A DNA stretch of 61,241 bases from an uncultured Bifidobacteriaceae bacterium. GTDB lineage: Bacteria > Actinomycetota > Actinomycetes > S36-B12. A program made the position numbers and the translations under genes. Position 1 is the first letter of the stretch; each line of letters opens with the position of its first letter. Below, piece by piece: positions 22,589-31,074 of this stretch. The stretch spans positions 1 to 61,241 of the forward strand of contig CAZQXO010000008.1 of assembly GCA_964597445.1 (NCBI GenBank), read 5' to 3'. Below the pieces are notes generated by a model. It searched no databases. It saw nothing but the letters and a program-made list of their open reading frames with translations, and was not told where the DNA came from.

Positions 22589-23581
22589 CTAGGCCCGGAA
22601 CCGTTCCGTGCCCAGGAGTGCGTTCCAGAGGAGCCGTTGCGCCCCCAGCGCATCCTGCGCGTCATGCACGGCTGCCCAATCGCCGCGATCGACGCGGGCG
22701 CACGCCTCATCCAGCATCTGGATCGTCTCGATCGAGCGCCGAAGGGCCGCGACTGGGTCCTCCCGGAACGGGAACTGGTCGAGCAGCACCGGATCACTCC
22801 ACCCGATGTCACGGAGGGCAAGGAGGTACTCCATCGTCTCGAAGAGGTGCACAGAGGCAACCGGGAGATCGTCGTCCCAGTCGCGCCAGTTGTCATTCAG
22901 CTCTGCCGAGACGAGCTTCCCCCGACGGTGGATCATCAGCAGCGACTCCGTGGGCGACTCACCCGCCATCAGGGAGTGACCGAAGTCCATCACGATGCCG
23001 AGGTTGTCGACCCCCGTCTCCTGGATGGCCAGGAGGGTCTTGGGTGCGTTCGACAGCGTCATGCGAACGCGCGGCTCCTTCGGCTTGTACTCGATGGCGA
23101 ACTGCACCTCCGGGTGGCGCTCGCAGATGTCGCGCATGCCCTCGACCGTCCTGTCCCAGATCTGCAGGTAGTCCACCTGCCCGGGGAAGTCGTAACCGTC
23201 CTGCCCCGGCCAGAACTTGACGTAGCCGGCGCCGAGGACCTGCGCCGCCTCGACGGCTTCCTCGACACGCTGCTGGGTGCGCCTGCGCAGGTCGGCAGAG
23301 GGATTGGTGAAGGCTCCCTTGGCATACTCACGCATGTAGATGTGGGGCGTCGCCGCACGACAGGTAAGGCCGTTGTCGTCGAGGATCTGCCGAACCTCTG
23401 CCGCAGGCATCGACTCGGTTGCGAACGGGACGTTGATGTCGAGGCACGAGAGATCCGGCACCTGAGCAGCCATCTCGATCATCTCGCGCGTCGACCGAGG
23501 AGGCCCGTACCCGTCGCCCGCATACCGGTCGACGAACTGGCCGAAGGCCCATATTCCTGTACCGAACTCCAGTGGTGCCAT
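22589..23581 (-). CDS. xylose-isomerase-like TIM-barrel sugar (phosphate) isomerase/epimerase
   Basis: 330 aa with XylA-like landmarks: FGTGIWAFG near the N-terminus, AIEYKPKEPR (compare EPKPxEP), DFGHSLMAG and NDNWRDWDDDL. GGGAGAGGA Shine-Dalgarno. Confidence 0.8.
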   Translation of the reverse strand: MAPLEFGTGIWAFGQFVDRYAGDGYGPPRSTREMIEMAAQVPDLSCLDINVPFATESMPAAEVRQILDDNGLTCRAATPHIYMREYAKGAFTNPSADLRRRTQQRVEEAVEAAQVLGAGYVKFWPGQDGYDFPGQVDYLQIWDRTVEGMRDICERHPEVQFAIEYKPKEPRVRMTLSNAPKTLLAIQETGVDNLGIVMDFGHSLMAGESPTESLLMIHRRGKLVSAELNDNWRDWDDDLPVASVHLFETMEYLLALRDIGWSDPVLLDQFPFREDPVAALRRSIETIQMLDEACARVDRGDWAAVHDAQDALGAQRLLWNALLGTERFRA

Positions 23582-23599
23582 GACCGTTCGTCCTCTCCC

Positions 23600-25090
23600 T
23601 CAGGGTTCCATCTGTGTCGTGCCGGTCGCCTCGGATGTGCGTCGTGGCACTCGGGACCGGGCCACCGCCCGATGCCATTCGTGACGCAGTACGCCCCATG
23701 CTTCACCATCGAGGGGCGCAACGACGTCGTACTCTCGCGGAATCCGTTCAAGATCGTCGAGAGTCCACATCCCGGCTCCGAGCCCAGCGACGTGGGCCGC
23801 ACCGAGGGCGGACAGCTCCGAGGTTCGGGACACCTGAACCGCCACACCTGCCACGGCCGCCTGTCTCGCCATGAGATCGCGGTTGCTCGTCATGCCGCCA
23901 TCGGCCATCAGGAGTGCAGGCCGAGCGCCCACGTCACCGAGGGCGTCGAGGACATCAGTGACCTGAAGGATGACCGAATCGAGGGCAGCGCGCCCGAGAT
24001 GCGCGGCGGTCGTCGCCAGGGACATGCCGGTGACGAGGGCCGCCGCTTCCGGGTCCCACCACGGTGCTCCGAGACCGTTGAAGGCAGGTACGAGCATCAC
24101 GCCGGCGCTGTCGTCCGCACTCGAGGCGACCAGATCAGCGACCGAGATTCCGAGGACTCCCGCCAGCCAGGTGAGGGTGGACCCGGCCGACAGGATGTTC
24201 GCCTCCCACGCCAGTGCCGGGACTTCGCGCGGGAGACGCCATGCGATGGTGCGACACATGGCGGAGGAGTCCGGCGAGCCGGGGGCCACGAGGGTCATGA
24301 CGGAGCTGCCCGTTCCGTACGTCGCCTTCGCCACGCCGGCGCGCCATCCCGCGTGCGCGAAGAGGGCCGCATGCGAGTCGCCCAGCACGCCCGTCAGGCG
24401 TACACCTGACAGGCCTTCCACACCCGCGATCTCGCCGAACGCCCCAGCGGAGTCCACGATTCGAGGCAGGACCTCGGGCGGGATGCCGAACAGGTCGAGC
24501 AGAGCAGGACTCCAGTCGCCAGTCGAGAGGTCGACCAGCGACGTACGGGACGCATTGCCCGCCTCGATCACGTGCTCCCCCGTGAGACTCCACACGAGCC
24601 AGGAGTCGACGGTGCCCAGGCACAGGTCGGCCGCACGCCGACGATCGACGTCATGCGCGTCCAGGAGCCAGGCGGCCTTGACCGCGGAGAACATGGGGTC
24701 CAGTGGGAGACCGCTCGTCACACGAACGAGATCGCCATGGCCCTCGCGCACGAGTCTCGCGCAGATATCCGTCGTGCGCCGGTCCTGCCAGCTGAGCACG
24801 GGAGACACCGGCTGACCCGTGGAGCGATCCCAGAGCAGCATCGACTCACGCTGGTTGCTGATGCCGACGGCCTCCACTGACAGATCCGATGACGAGCGGA
24901 GCGCTGCCGCTACGGCCCGATGCACACTCGCGAGCAGATCCTCCGGTCGATGCTCCACCCACCCCGGTCGCGGGGTCTGCTGCTCCAAGGGCGCCGAGCC
25001 CTGCGATCGGACGTGGCCGGCTCTGTCGACGAGCAGCACCTTAGTGGAGCTCGTCCCCTGGTCGATGGCGAGGACGACCGGTTCGGTCAC
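23600..25090 (-). CDS. FGGY-family carbohydrate kinase (glycerol-kinase-like subfamily)
   Basis: 496 aa with LAIDQGTSSTK, PGWVEHRPED, NQRESMLLWDRSTGQPV, SWQDRRT, GTVDSWLVWSLTG and NASRTSL. GTG overlaps the transketolase C-subunit stop (GTGA). Confidence 0.88.
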   Translation of the reverse strand: MTEPVVLAIDQGTSSTKVLLVDRAGHVRSQGSAPLEQQTPRPGWVEHRPEDLLASVHRAVAAALRSSSDLSVEAVGISNQRESMLLWDRSTGQPVSPVLSWQDRRTTDICARLVREGHGDLVRVTSGLPLDPMFSAVKAAWLLDAHDVDRRRAADLCLGTVDSWLVWSLTGEHVIEAGNASRTSLVDLSTGDWSPALLDLFGIPPEVLPRIVDSAGAFGEIAGVEGLSGVRLTGVLGDSHAALFAHAGWRAGVAKATYGTGSSVMTLVAPGSPDSSAMCRTIAWRLPREVPALAWEANILSAGSTLTWLAGVLGISVADLVASSADDSAGVMLVPAFNGLGAPWWDPEAAALVTGMSLATTAAHLGRAALDSVILQVTDVLDALGDVGARPALLMADGGMTSNRDLMARQAAVAGVAVQVSRTSELSALGAAHVAGLGAGMWTLDDLERIPREYDVVAPLDGEAWGVLRHEWHRAVARSRVPRRTSEATGTTQMEP

Positions 25091-26040
25091 CTTGCCGCCA
25101 CCAGGTCGCGAGCAGCACTGGCCACTCCTTCAGGGGTGAGGGAGAACCGATCGAAGAGGAAGGCAACGTCGCCGGTCGGAGCGAACTCGTGGGTGCCCAG
25201 CAGGCGCATGCGCACCGGATGCTCCTGGGCCACCAGCTCGGCCACCGCACCGCCGAGACCACCCCGCGGGACAGATTCCTCCACTGTGACGATTCCTGCC
25301 GTGCCTCGTGCCGCGTCGAGAACCGCCTCACGGTCGAGTGGATGCACCGTCGCCATGTTGAGGACTCGCGCCTGCACCCCCTCCGCGGCCAGGGCGACTG
25401 CTGCCGACAACGCCACCTCGACCATGGTGCCGTTGGCCACGATCGTCACGTCCGAGCCGGGGACGAGCTCCTCGGCCCGACCGAACCGGAACGCCGGGCT
25501 GCGACCCTCGGAGACCGAGGCAACGCGATGGCGACCGATGCGCAGGAACACGGGACCCTCGTGCTGGGCCGCCCACAGGACAGCGTCACGTGTTTGGTCG
25601 GGGTCGGCCGGCACGAGGATGGGGAGATCATCCAGGGCCCTCATCCACGCGATGTCCTCGATGGAGTGGTGCGTGGGTCCGAGCTCACCGTAGGAGACAC
25701 CTGGACTCTGGCCGCAGAGCTTGACGTTCATCCCGCTGTAGACGATGTCCGCCTTGATCTGCTCCATGGCGCGCCCCGTGAGAAACGGCGACGCCGCCGA
25801 GACAAAGGGCAGGAAGCCGGCATTGGCGAGTCCTGCGGCGACCCCCACCATGTTCTGCTCGGCGATGCCCACGTTGATGAGACGGTCAGGGAACGCCTCC
25901 CGGAAGCCACCCAGGTTGCTCGATCCCACGGAGTCATTGCAGACCGCGACGATTCGCTCGTCGTCCCGGGCCAGCGCGATCAGGGTCTCGGCGAATGAGA
26001 CGCGGCAATCGTGGCCTGTCGCATCAGCGATGCCGCTCAT
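25087..26040 (-). CDS. transketolase family protein, C-terminal (pyrimidine-binding) subunit
   Basis: 317 aa with GIAEQNMVGVAAGLA and GPTHHSIEDIAWMRAL. Start overlaps the upstream subunit stop (ATGA). Confidence 0.9.
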   Translation of the reverse strand: MSGIADATGHDCRVSFAETLIALARDDERIVAVCNDSVGSSNLGGFREAFPDRLINVGIAEQNMVGVAAGLANAGFLPFVSAASPFLTGRAMEQIKADIVYSGMNVKLCGQSPGVSYGELGPTHHSIEDIAWMRALDDLPILVPADPDQTRDAVLWAAQHEGPVFLRIGRHRVASVSEGRSPAFRFGRAEELVPGSDVTIVANGTMVEVALSAAVALAAEGVQARVLNMATVHPLDREAVLDAARGTAGIVTVEESVPRGGLGGAVAELVAQEHPVRMRLLGTHEFAPTGDVAFLFDRFSLTPEGVASAARDLVAAR

Positions 26041-26888
26041 GCCTGCACTCCCGTCAGCTCACGGACAGCCTGCTCGACCTGCTCGGCAGACGGCACCTTG
26101 TGGTGCCATGCAGCCAGACCCTCCATGAACGAGACACCCTTGCCCTTGATGGTGTTGGCCACGATCGCCCGAGGCCTCCCCGACTCGCCTGGCGATCGGA
26201 GTGCCGACCACAGCGAATCCACATCGTGGCCGTCCATGACGCTCGTGTCCCAGCCGAACGCGCTGAGCTTGGCGTCGAGCGGGTCCAGACCGTTGGTCTC
26301 CTCCGTGCCTGCACCCTGCTGCAGGCGGTTGCGGTCCACGACCAGCGTGAGTCGGGACAAGCCCCGATGGGCCGCATACATGAGCGCCTCCCAATTGGAG
26401 CCCTCCTGCATCTCCCCATCACCCACGATCACGAACGTGCGCCAGTCAGCACCGCTCAGCTGGGCTCCCGTGGCCATCCCCACGGCGACCGGCAGGCCGT
26501 GCCCCAGCGGCCCGGTGTTGGTCTCCACGCCGGGCGCCTTGCGTCGATTCGGGTGGCCTCCCAGTCGCGAGTCCGGTCCTGCGAACGTCCGGAGCTCAGC
26601 CTCAGGGAAGAACCCGCGCAGGGCCAGGGCCGTGTAGAGGGAGGCCGCGGCGTGCCCCTTGCTCAGCACCAGCCGGTCGCGACCGGGCCACGCGGGATCG
26701 TGCGGATCCAGGCGCAGGACGCCGCCGTACAGCACCCCGAGGATGTCGGCGACCGAGAAGTCACCTCCCACATGCCCCAAGCCGGCAGCGGCGATGGTGT
26801 CGAGGCAGCCGAGCCGGATGCGCAGGGCGAACTCCCGGATCTCGTCGACCTGAGCGCACGGCGGATCTGTCCGGGACGCAGCCGACAT
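26037..26888 (-). CDS. transketolase family protein, N-terminal (thiamine-diphosphate-binding) subunit
   Basis: 283 aa with GHVGGDFSVADIL, LSKGHAAASLY and GDGEMQEGSNWEA. Confidence 0.9.
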   Translation of the reverse strand: MSAASRTDPPCAQVDEIREFALRIRLGCLDTIAAAGLGHVGGDFSVADILGVLYGGVLRLDPHDPAWPGRDRLVLSKGHAAASLYTALALRGFFPEAELRTFAGPDSRLGGHPNRRKAPGVETNTGPLGHGLPVAVGMATGAQLSGADWRTFVIVGDGEMQEGSNWEALMYAAHRGLSRLTLVVDRNRLQQGAGTEETNGLDPLDAKLSAFGWDTSVMDGHDVDSLWSALRSPGESGRPRAIVANTIKGKGVSFMEGLAAWHHKVPSAEQVEQAVRELTGVQA

Positions 26889-26967
26889 TGAATATCCATT
26901 CAGTAGTGAATACGTTACTCCATCCTGTCCTTCCGCCGAGGTTCCGTCAAGGACCCCGGCTCACCAG
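26889..26967 (-). promoter_or_regulatory. promoter/operator region of the split-transketolase operon, with a TGAAT-N4-ATTCA palindrome abutting the start codon
   Basis: An unusually AT-rich ~40 bp stretch in a GC-rich context. TGAATATCCATTCA at 26889..26902, a second imperfect dyad AGTAGTGAATACGTTACT at 26902..26919, and a TTGACG (-35-like) on the coding strand at 26945..26950. A SorC-family regulator is encoded immediately upstream. Confidence 0.35.
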
Positions 26968-27936
26968 TCAGGGGGGCAGCAGGGCCAGCGCGACCGTCTC
27001 GTCCGTCACGAGAACCGACACCCAGCCTCCCAGCAGGGCGGCCCGAACAGCCCCGACCTTGTCCTGACCCCCCGCCACCGCGATGCGTCGTGGCACCGCT
27101 CGGATCTGGTCCGAGGTCATGCCCATCAACCGGTCGTCGATGGCGCTCGGAACCTCACGGCCGTGGGCATCGAAGTAGCGGAGGCAGATGTCACCGACGG
27201 CACCCGCAGCGATCAGGTCGGCGACCTGCTCCTCGGTCATCACATTCCCGCTTCGCCGCAACAGCGGTGACGGCTCGGCCGACCCGATGCCCACCAGAGA
27301 GGTCGTGATCTGGCTCCAGGCGCGGACCACCTCGCCGACAGAGGGGTCCGCGAGCATCGCATCGCGGGTGGAGGAGTTCCCGACGATCGCAGGGGATGGG
27401 ACATAGAGCGGCTCAGCGCGGAGGACCTCGGCCAGCCTCCCGGCGAGACGCGTCGCCTGCATCTGGACGGCCGGATCCCCCACACCACCGAACATCTGGA
27501 CGACCCGACGCGCCCGGGGCGGGAGCTGCGGCCGCATCACCTCGACCGCTGCCACCAGTGAGCCACTCCAGGACGACACCCCCACCACGTCAGCACCGAC
27601 AAGGGACACGTCGAGGTAGGCGCCTGCCGCGGCACCGAGCGCACGCACCGGATCCCCCGCACCAGCCGTGTCGACGACCACGACATCGGCGAGCCCGTAC
27701 GTCGATGCAATCGCCTCCTCGAGCTCCGTGTGCACACCCTCGGGCAGGACAACGACCGATCGGACGATCCCGCGCTCACTCGCCTCCTTCAGGAGGCGTG
27801 ACACGCGAGCCTGGGAGAGGCCGAGTTGGCGTGCGATGTCCGTCTGGGTCGCTCTGCCCTCGTGATACATGCGGGCCACGCGGGACAGGAGGCGCAGGTG
27901 ACTCGTCGCGGCACTCGTGTCAGAGGAGACGGTCAC
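26968..27936 (-). CDS. SorC/DeoR-family sugar-binding transcriptional regulator
   Basis: (M)TVSSDTSAATSHLRLLSRVARMYHEGRATQTDIARQLGLSQARVSRLLKEASERGIVR, followed by a sugar-phosphate-binding domain. 322 aa from the GTG at 27936. The remaining 297 N-terminal codons of the track ORF are antisense to the ROK kinase. Confidence 0.85.
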   Translation of the reverse strand: MTVSSDTSAATSHLRLLSRVARMYHEGRATQTDIARQLGLSQARVSRLLKEASERGIVRSVVVLPEGVHTELEEAIASTYGLADVVVVDTAGAGDPVRALGAAAGAYLDVSLVGADVVGVSSWSGSLVAAVEVMRPQLPPRARRVVQMFGGVGDPAVQMQATRLAGRLAEVLRAEPLYVPSPAIVGNSSTRDAMLADPSVGEVVRAWSQITTSLVGIGSAEPSPLLRRSGNVMTEEQVADLIAAGAVGDICLRYFDAHGREVPSAIDDRLMGMTSDQIRAVPRRIAVAGGQDKVGAVRAALLGGWVSVLVTDETVALALLPP

Positions 27937-27978
27937 CCCGTTATCGTAGGCACGCCCGCACACGGCGAAGGGAGTTCG
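27937..27978. promoter_or_regulatory. 42-bp divergent control region with overlapping face-to-face -10-like hexamers
   Basis: Minus sense: TACGAT (27948..27943), then 6 nt, then the SorC GTG (leaderless type). Plus sense: TATCGT (27942..27947), followed by a ~25 nt leader containing GAAGGGAG before the ROK ATG. Confidence 0.4.
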
Positions 27979-28881
27979 ATGCTCATCGGCATCGATTGGG
28001 GCGGCACCAAGATCGAAGGTGTCGCGCTGGAGCCTGATGGCACCGAACTCCTGCGCATCCGGGAGTCGACCCCGCGCGGGGACTACGAGGGATGTCTGAC
28101 CATCGTGCGCGATCTCGTCCGCCGTCTCGAGGAGGCGACGGGCCGTCAGGGAACCGTCGGAATCGGGATCCCCGGGTCCCTCGAACCGGAGAGCCGCCTG
28201 GGCAAGGGCGGAAGTTCCACGTGGATCAACGGAAAGCCCGTCGAGGCCGACCTCCGGCGCTTCCTCGATCGCCCGCTGCGCATCGAGAACGACGCTGACT
28301 GCTTCGCCGCATCCGAGGCCATCGACGGCGCCGGTGCCGGATATCGCGTCGTCTTCGGCGTGATCATCGCGAGCGGCACGGGCGCCGGGGTCGCCATCGA
28401 CGGGCGCCCCCACCACGGCCCCAACAACAGTGCAGGCGACTGGGGCCACAATCCCCTTCCCTATGCCCGAGAGGTCGAACTGCCTGGCGAGGCGTGCTAC
28501 TGCGGCAAGAGCGGATGCCTCGAGACCTGGCTCTCCGGGTACTCCTTCGCTCGGGAGTTCGCCCGCGCCAGCGGCGAGGAGGCGCTTCCCTCCCAGATCA
28601 TGGAGCGACGGCGAGAAGGTGACGAGGTCGCCGACACCGTCTACCTCGCCTGGCTCGACAGGGCAGCACGGGGCCTCGCCGTCGTCGTCAACACGCTCGA
28701 CCCCGATGTCTTCGTCATGGGCGGCGGGATGAGCAACATCGACGAGATCTATCGGGATCTGCCACCCCTGATCGGCCGCTACACCTTCTCGCCGGTCTTC
28801 AGCACCCCTGTCGTGCGATCCGTGCACGGCGACTCGAGCGGCGTTCGCGGCGCCGCATGGCTGTGGAAGGACGACTCATGA
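27979..28881 (+). CDS. ROK-family sugar kinase (NagK/Mak-like)
   Basis: MLIGIDWGGTKIEG..., ENDADCFAASEA and zinc motif GHNPLP...CYCGKSGCLETWLSG. 300 aa. Collinear by eye with E. coli NagK. Confidence 0.85.
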   Translation: MLIGIDWGGTKIEGVALEPDGTELLRIRESTPRGDYEGCLTIVRDLVRRLEEATGRQGTVGIGIPGSLEPESRLGKGGSSTWINGKPVEADLRRFLDRPLRIENDADCFAASEAIDGAGAGYRVVFGVIIASGTGAGVAIDGRPHHGPNNSAGDWGHNPLPYAREVELPGEACYCGKSGCLETWLSGYSFAREFARASGEEALPSQIMERRREGDEVADTVYLAWLDRAARGLAVVVNTLDPDVFVMGGGMSNIDEIYRDLPPLIGRYTFSPVFSTPVVRSVHGDSSGVRGAAWLWKDDS

Positions 28882-29681
28882 CGGAGGATCGCATGGTGGC
28901 GCCGTTGCACCTGCAGGAGCGCTACGACGCTGCGATCGCTGTGATCCGAGAGGCCGGAGCCATGGCGCTCCACCACTTCCGCAATCTCGGATCGCTCACC
29001 GTGGAGAGCAAGGGCGTGCAGGACCCGGTGAGCGAGGCCGACCGCCAGACCGAGCAGATCATCAGAGATCGGCTCACCCACCGCTTCCCCGAGGACGCCT
29101 TCGTCGGGGAGGAGACCGGCGCCAGCGACGTGGAGACGGCTCGCGGGGTCTGGGTCGTCGACCCGATCGATGGGACGCAGCCATTCCTGCTGGGCCTGCC
29201 GACGTGGTGCGTGTCGATCGCGTACGTCGAGGCCGGAAGCATCAGCATCGGACTCATCTACAACCCCGTGACCGACGACTTGTACGCGGCGCTCCGTGGC
29301 CATGGAGCCCGGTGGAACGACCAGATCATGGCTGTTCGTGATGCGGGATCCCTGGCCGACGGCCTCACGGGAATGGGTTGCAGTTCCCGCACCTCTCCGC
29401 AGGACATCGGCCACATTGCCTCGGGCCTGCGCAGCCACGGCGGGATGTATCACCGAGTCGGATCGGGCGCCCTCACCCTGGCCTACGTTGCCACAGGCCA
29501 ACTGATCGGATACGTCGAGACGCACATCAACGCCTGGGACTGCCTTGCCGCGATCCTGCTGGTGGAAGAGGCGGGCGGGCGTGTGTCGCCCTTCCTCGAG
29601 GAGAACGGCGTCACCGGTGGCGGCCCCATCGTCGCCGCCACGCCGCTCGTGTTCGACGAACTGGCGGGCCTCCTGCCGTGA
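28878..29681 (+). CDS. inositol monophosphatase family phosphatase
   Basis: Motifs FVGEETGA, WVVDPIDGTQPF and AWDCLAAILLVEEAGG. ATG overlaps the ROK stop (ATGA). Confidence 0.85.
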   Translation: MTEDRMVAPLHLQERYDAAIAVIREAGAMALHHFRNLGSLTVESKGVQDPVSEADRQTEQIIRDRLTHRFPEDAFVGEETGASDVETARGVWVVDPIDGTQPFLLGLPTWCVSIAYVEAGSISIGLIYNPVTDDLYAALRGHGARWNDQIMAVRDAGSLADGLTGMGCSSRTSPQDIGHIASGLRSHGGMYHRVGSGALTLAYVATGQLIGYVETHINAWDCLAAILLVEEAGGRVSPFLEENGVTGGGPIVAATPLVFDELAGLLP

Positions 29682-29687
29682 GCCAGG

Positions 29688-29711
29688 TCCGCGGGCCACG
29701 ACTGGCGCGGA
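29688..29711. terminator. hairpin between convergent IMPase-family gene and rsmB (weak bidirectional terminator candidate)
   Basis: TCCGCG-GG-CCA CGAC TGG-CGCGGA, 9 bp with a 2-nt bulge, within the 31-nt convergent gap. No U-tract. Confidence 0.25.
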
Positions 29712-29712
29712 T

Positions 29713-31074
29713 CTAGGCCGGGCCTCGACGCAGGATCGCGAGGAACATCGCATCAGTGCCGTGCCGGTGCGGCCACAGTTGGATCATGGGACCGTCGCCG
29801 AGGTCATCCACCTCGGGAAGCAGGGCGCGAGCATCCTCGAGCACGACGTCGTCGCGCTCCCGCAGGACATCCGCGACCACGAACTCCGTCTCCGCGAGAT
29901 GCGGCGAGCACGTGACATAGGCGACGACACCGCCCGGCTTGACCGCGTCCACGGCCGTGCGCAGGAGGTCTCGCTGAACCCCACCGAGCGCCGCGAGATC
30001 ACCGGGCGTGCGTCGCCACCGCGACTCGGGCCGGCGGCGCAGGGCTCCCAGGCCGGTGCACGGGGCGTCGACGAGCACCCGGTCGAACTCCAGCTCCTGC
30101 CACGGTCGATGGCGCGCATCGCCCACGATGACCAGCGCATCCGAGTCCGGGCCGAGCGCGGACTCGACCAGCACCGCTCGATGCGGGTGCTGCTCGATCG
30201 CGATCAGACGCCCCCCCGACGTCCGGGCGAGGCCCGCGAGCAGCGCTGCCTTCCCTCCAGGACCGGCGCACATGTCGAGCCACCGACCGGCGTCATCGGG
30301 CACACTCGCCCGGGCCAGCGCGAGGGCGACGAGCTGGCTGCCTTCGTCCTGCACACCCGCGCGACCCTCCCGCACGCAGGCGAGGGACTCGGGCGCCCCG
30401 TCGACCAGCGTGGCTCCCACGGGCGACCAGCGTGCCGGACCAACCTCGGGAAGCGCGCGCAGTTCCTGCGGCTCCATCCGCCCCGGTCGAGCCACGAGTG
30501 CGGGGCGCGCCGCGAGGTTGTCAGCCTGGAGCAGTGCCGGCAGCTCATCCGCACGGGCACCGAGCGCCGAGCGCAGCGCCCGGACGATCCACACCGGATG
30601 GGACCACCGCAGTGCCAGCCACTCGACGTCGTCGTCCGCTCGATCACCACGCAGGACATCGGCCCACGCGTCGGAGTCGCGGGCCGCCACCTTCCGAAGC
30701 ACGGCGTTGGCGAAGCCGGCTCGCGCGGCACCGCCTGGCTTGGCCCCTGCAGCACGCGCGAGGTCGCAGGACGAGTCGACCGCAGCATGGTCCGGGACGC
30801 GCATGGACAGGATCTGATGAGCACCGATCCGAAGGATGTCGAGCAGGGCCGGCTCGACCCTGTCCAGCGGCCTGTCGACGCACGCACCAAGGATGGCGTC
30901 ATACCAGCCGCGCATCCGCAGCGTGCCGTAGGCGAGCTCCGTGGCGAAGGCCGCATCGCGACCGGTCAAGCCAAGTCCGTGCAGCACCTGGGGAAGCACG
31001 AGGTTGGCGTAGGCGTCGTCCTCGCGCACCGCGCGGAGGATCTCCATAGCCGCGCGGCGCGGGGCATCGCTCAC
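29713..31074 (-). CDS. rsmB: 16S rRNA (cytosine-C5)-methyltransferase RsmB/Sun
   Basis: NusB-like N-terminus (AAMEILRAVREDDAYANLVLP), SAM-binding site DMCAGPGGKAALLA, DRVLVDAPCTGLGALRRRPE and YVTCSPHLAE. GTG overlaps the fmt stop (GTGA). Confidence 0.9.
   Translation of the reverse strand: MSDAPRRAAMEILRAVREDDAYANLVLPQVLHGLGLTGRDAAFATELAYGTLRMRGWYDAILGACVDRPLDRVEPALLDILRIGAHQILSMRVPDHAAVDSSCDLARAAGAKPGGAARAGFANAVLRKVAARDSDAWADVLRGDRADDDVEWLALRWSHPVWIVRALRSALGARADELPALLQADNLAARPALVARPGRMEPQELRALPEVGPARWSPVGATLVDGAPESLACVREGRAGVQDEGSQLVALALARASVPDDAGRWLDMCAGPGGKAALLAGLARTSGGRLIAIEQHPHRAVLVESALGPDSDALVIVGDARHRPWQELEFDRVLVDAPCTGLGALRRRPESRWRRTPGDLAALGGVQRDLLRTAVDAVKPGGVVAYVTCSPHLAETEFVVADVLRERDDVVLEDARALLPEVDDLGDGPMIQLWPHRHGTDAMFLAILRRGPA

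Noticed and set aside
22637-24409. 590-aa plus-strand ORF over the isomerase and FGGY kinase genes
   Set aside because: Antisense shadow ORF with R/H/G/P-rich composition, while the opposite-strand genes carry family signatures.
27937-28827. 297-codon N-terminal extension of the SorC-regulator ORF (track ORF 26968..28827, 619 aa)
   Set aside because: The extension is exactly antisense to the well-supported ROK kinase and has no SorC-like or other motif. The regulator's conserved HTH begins right after the GTG at 27936, which also has a leaderless-type -10.
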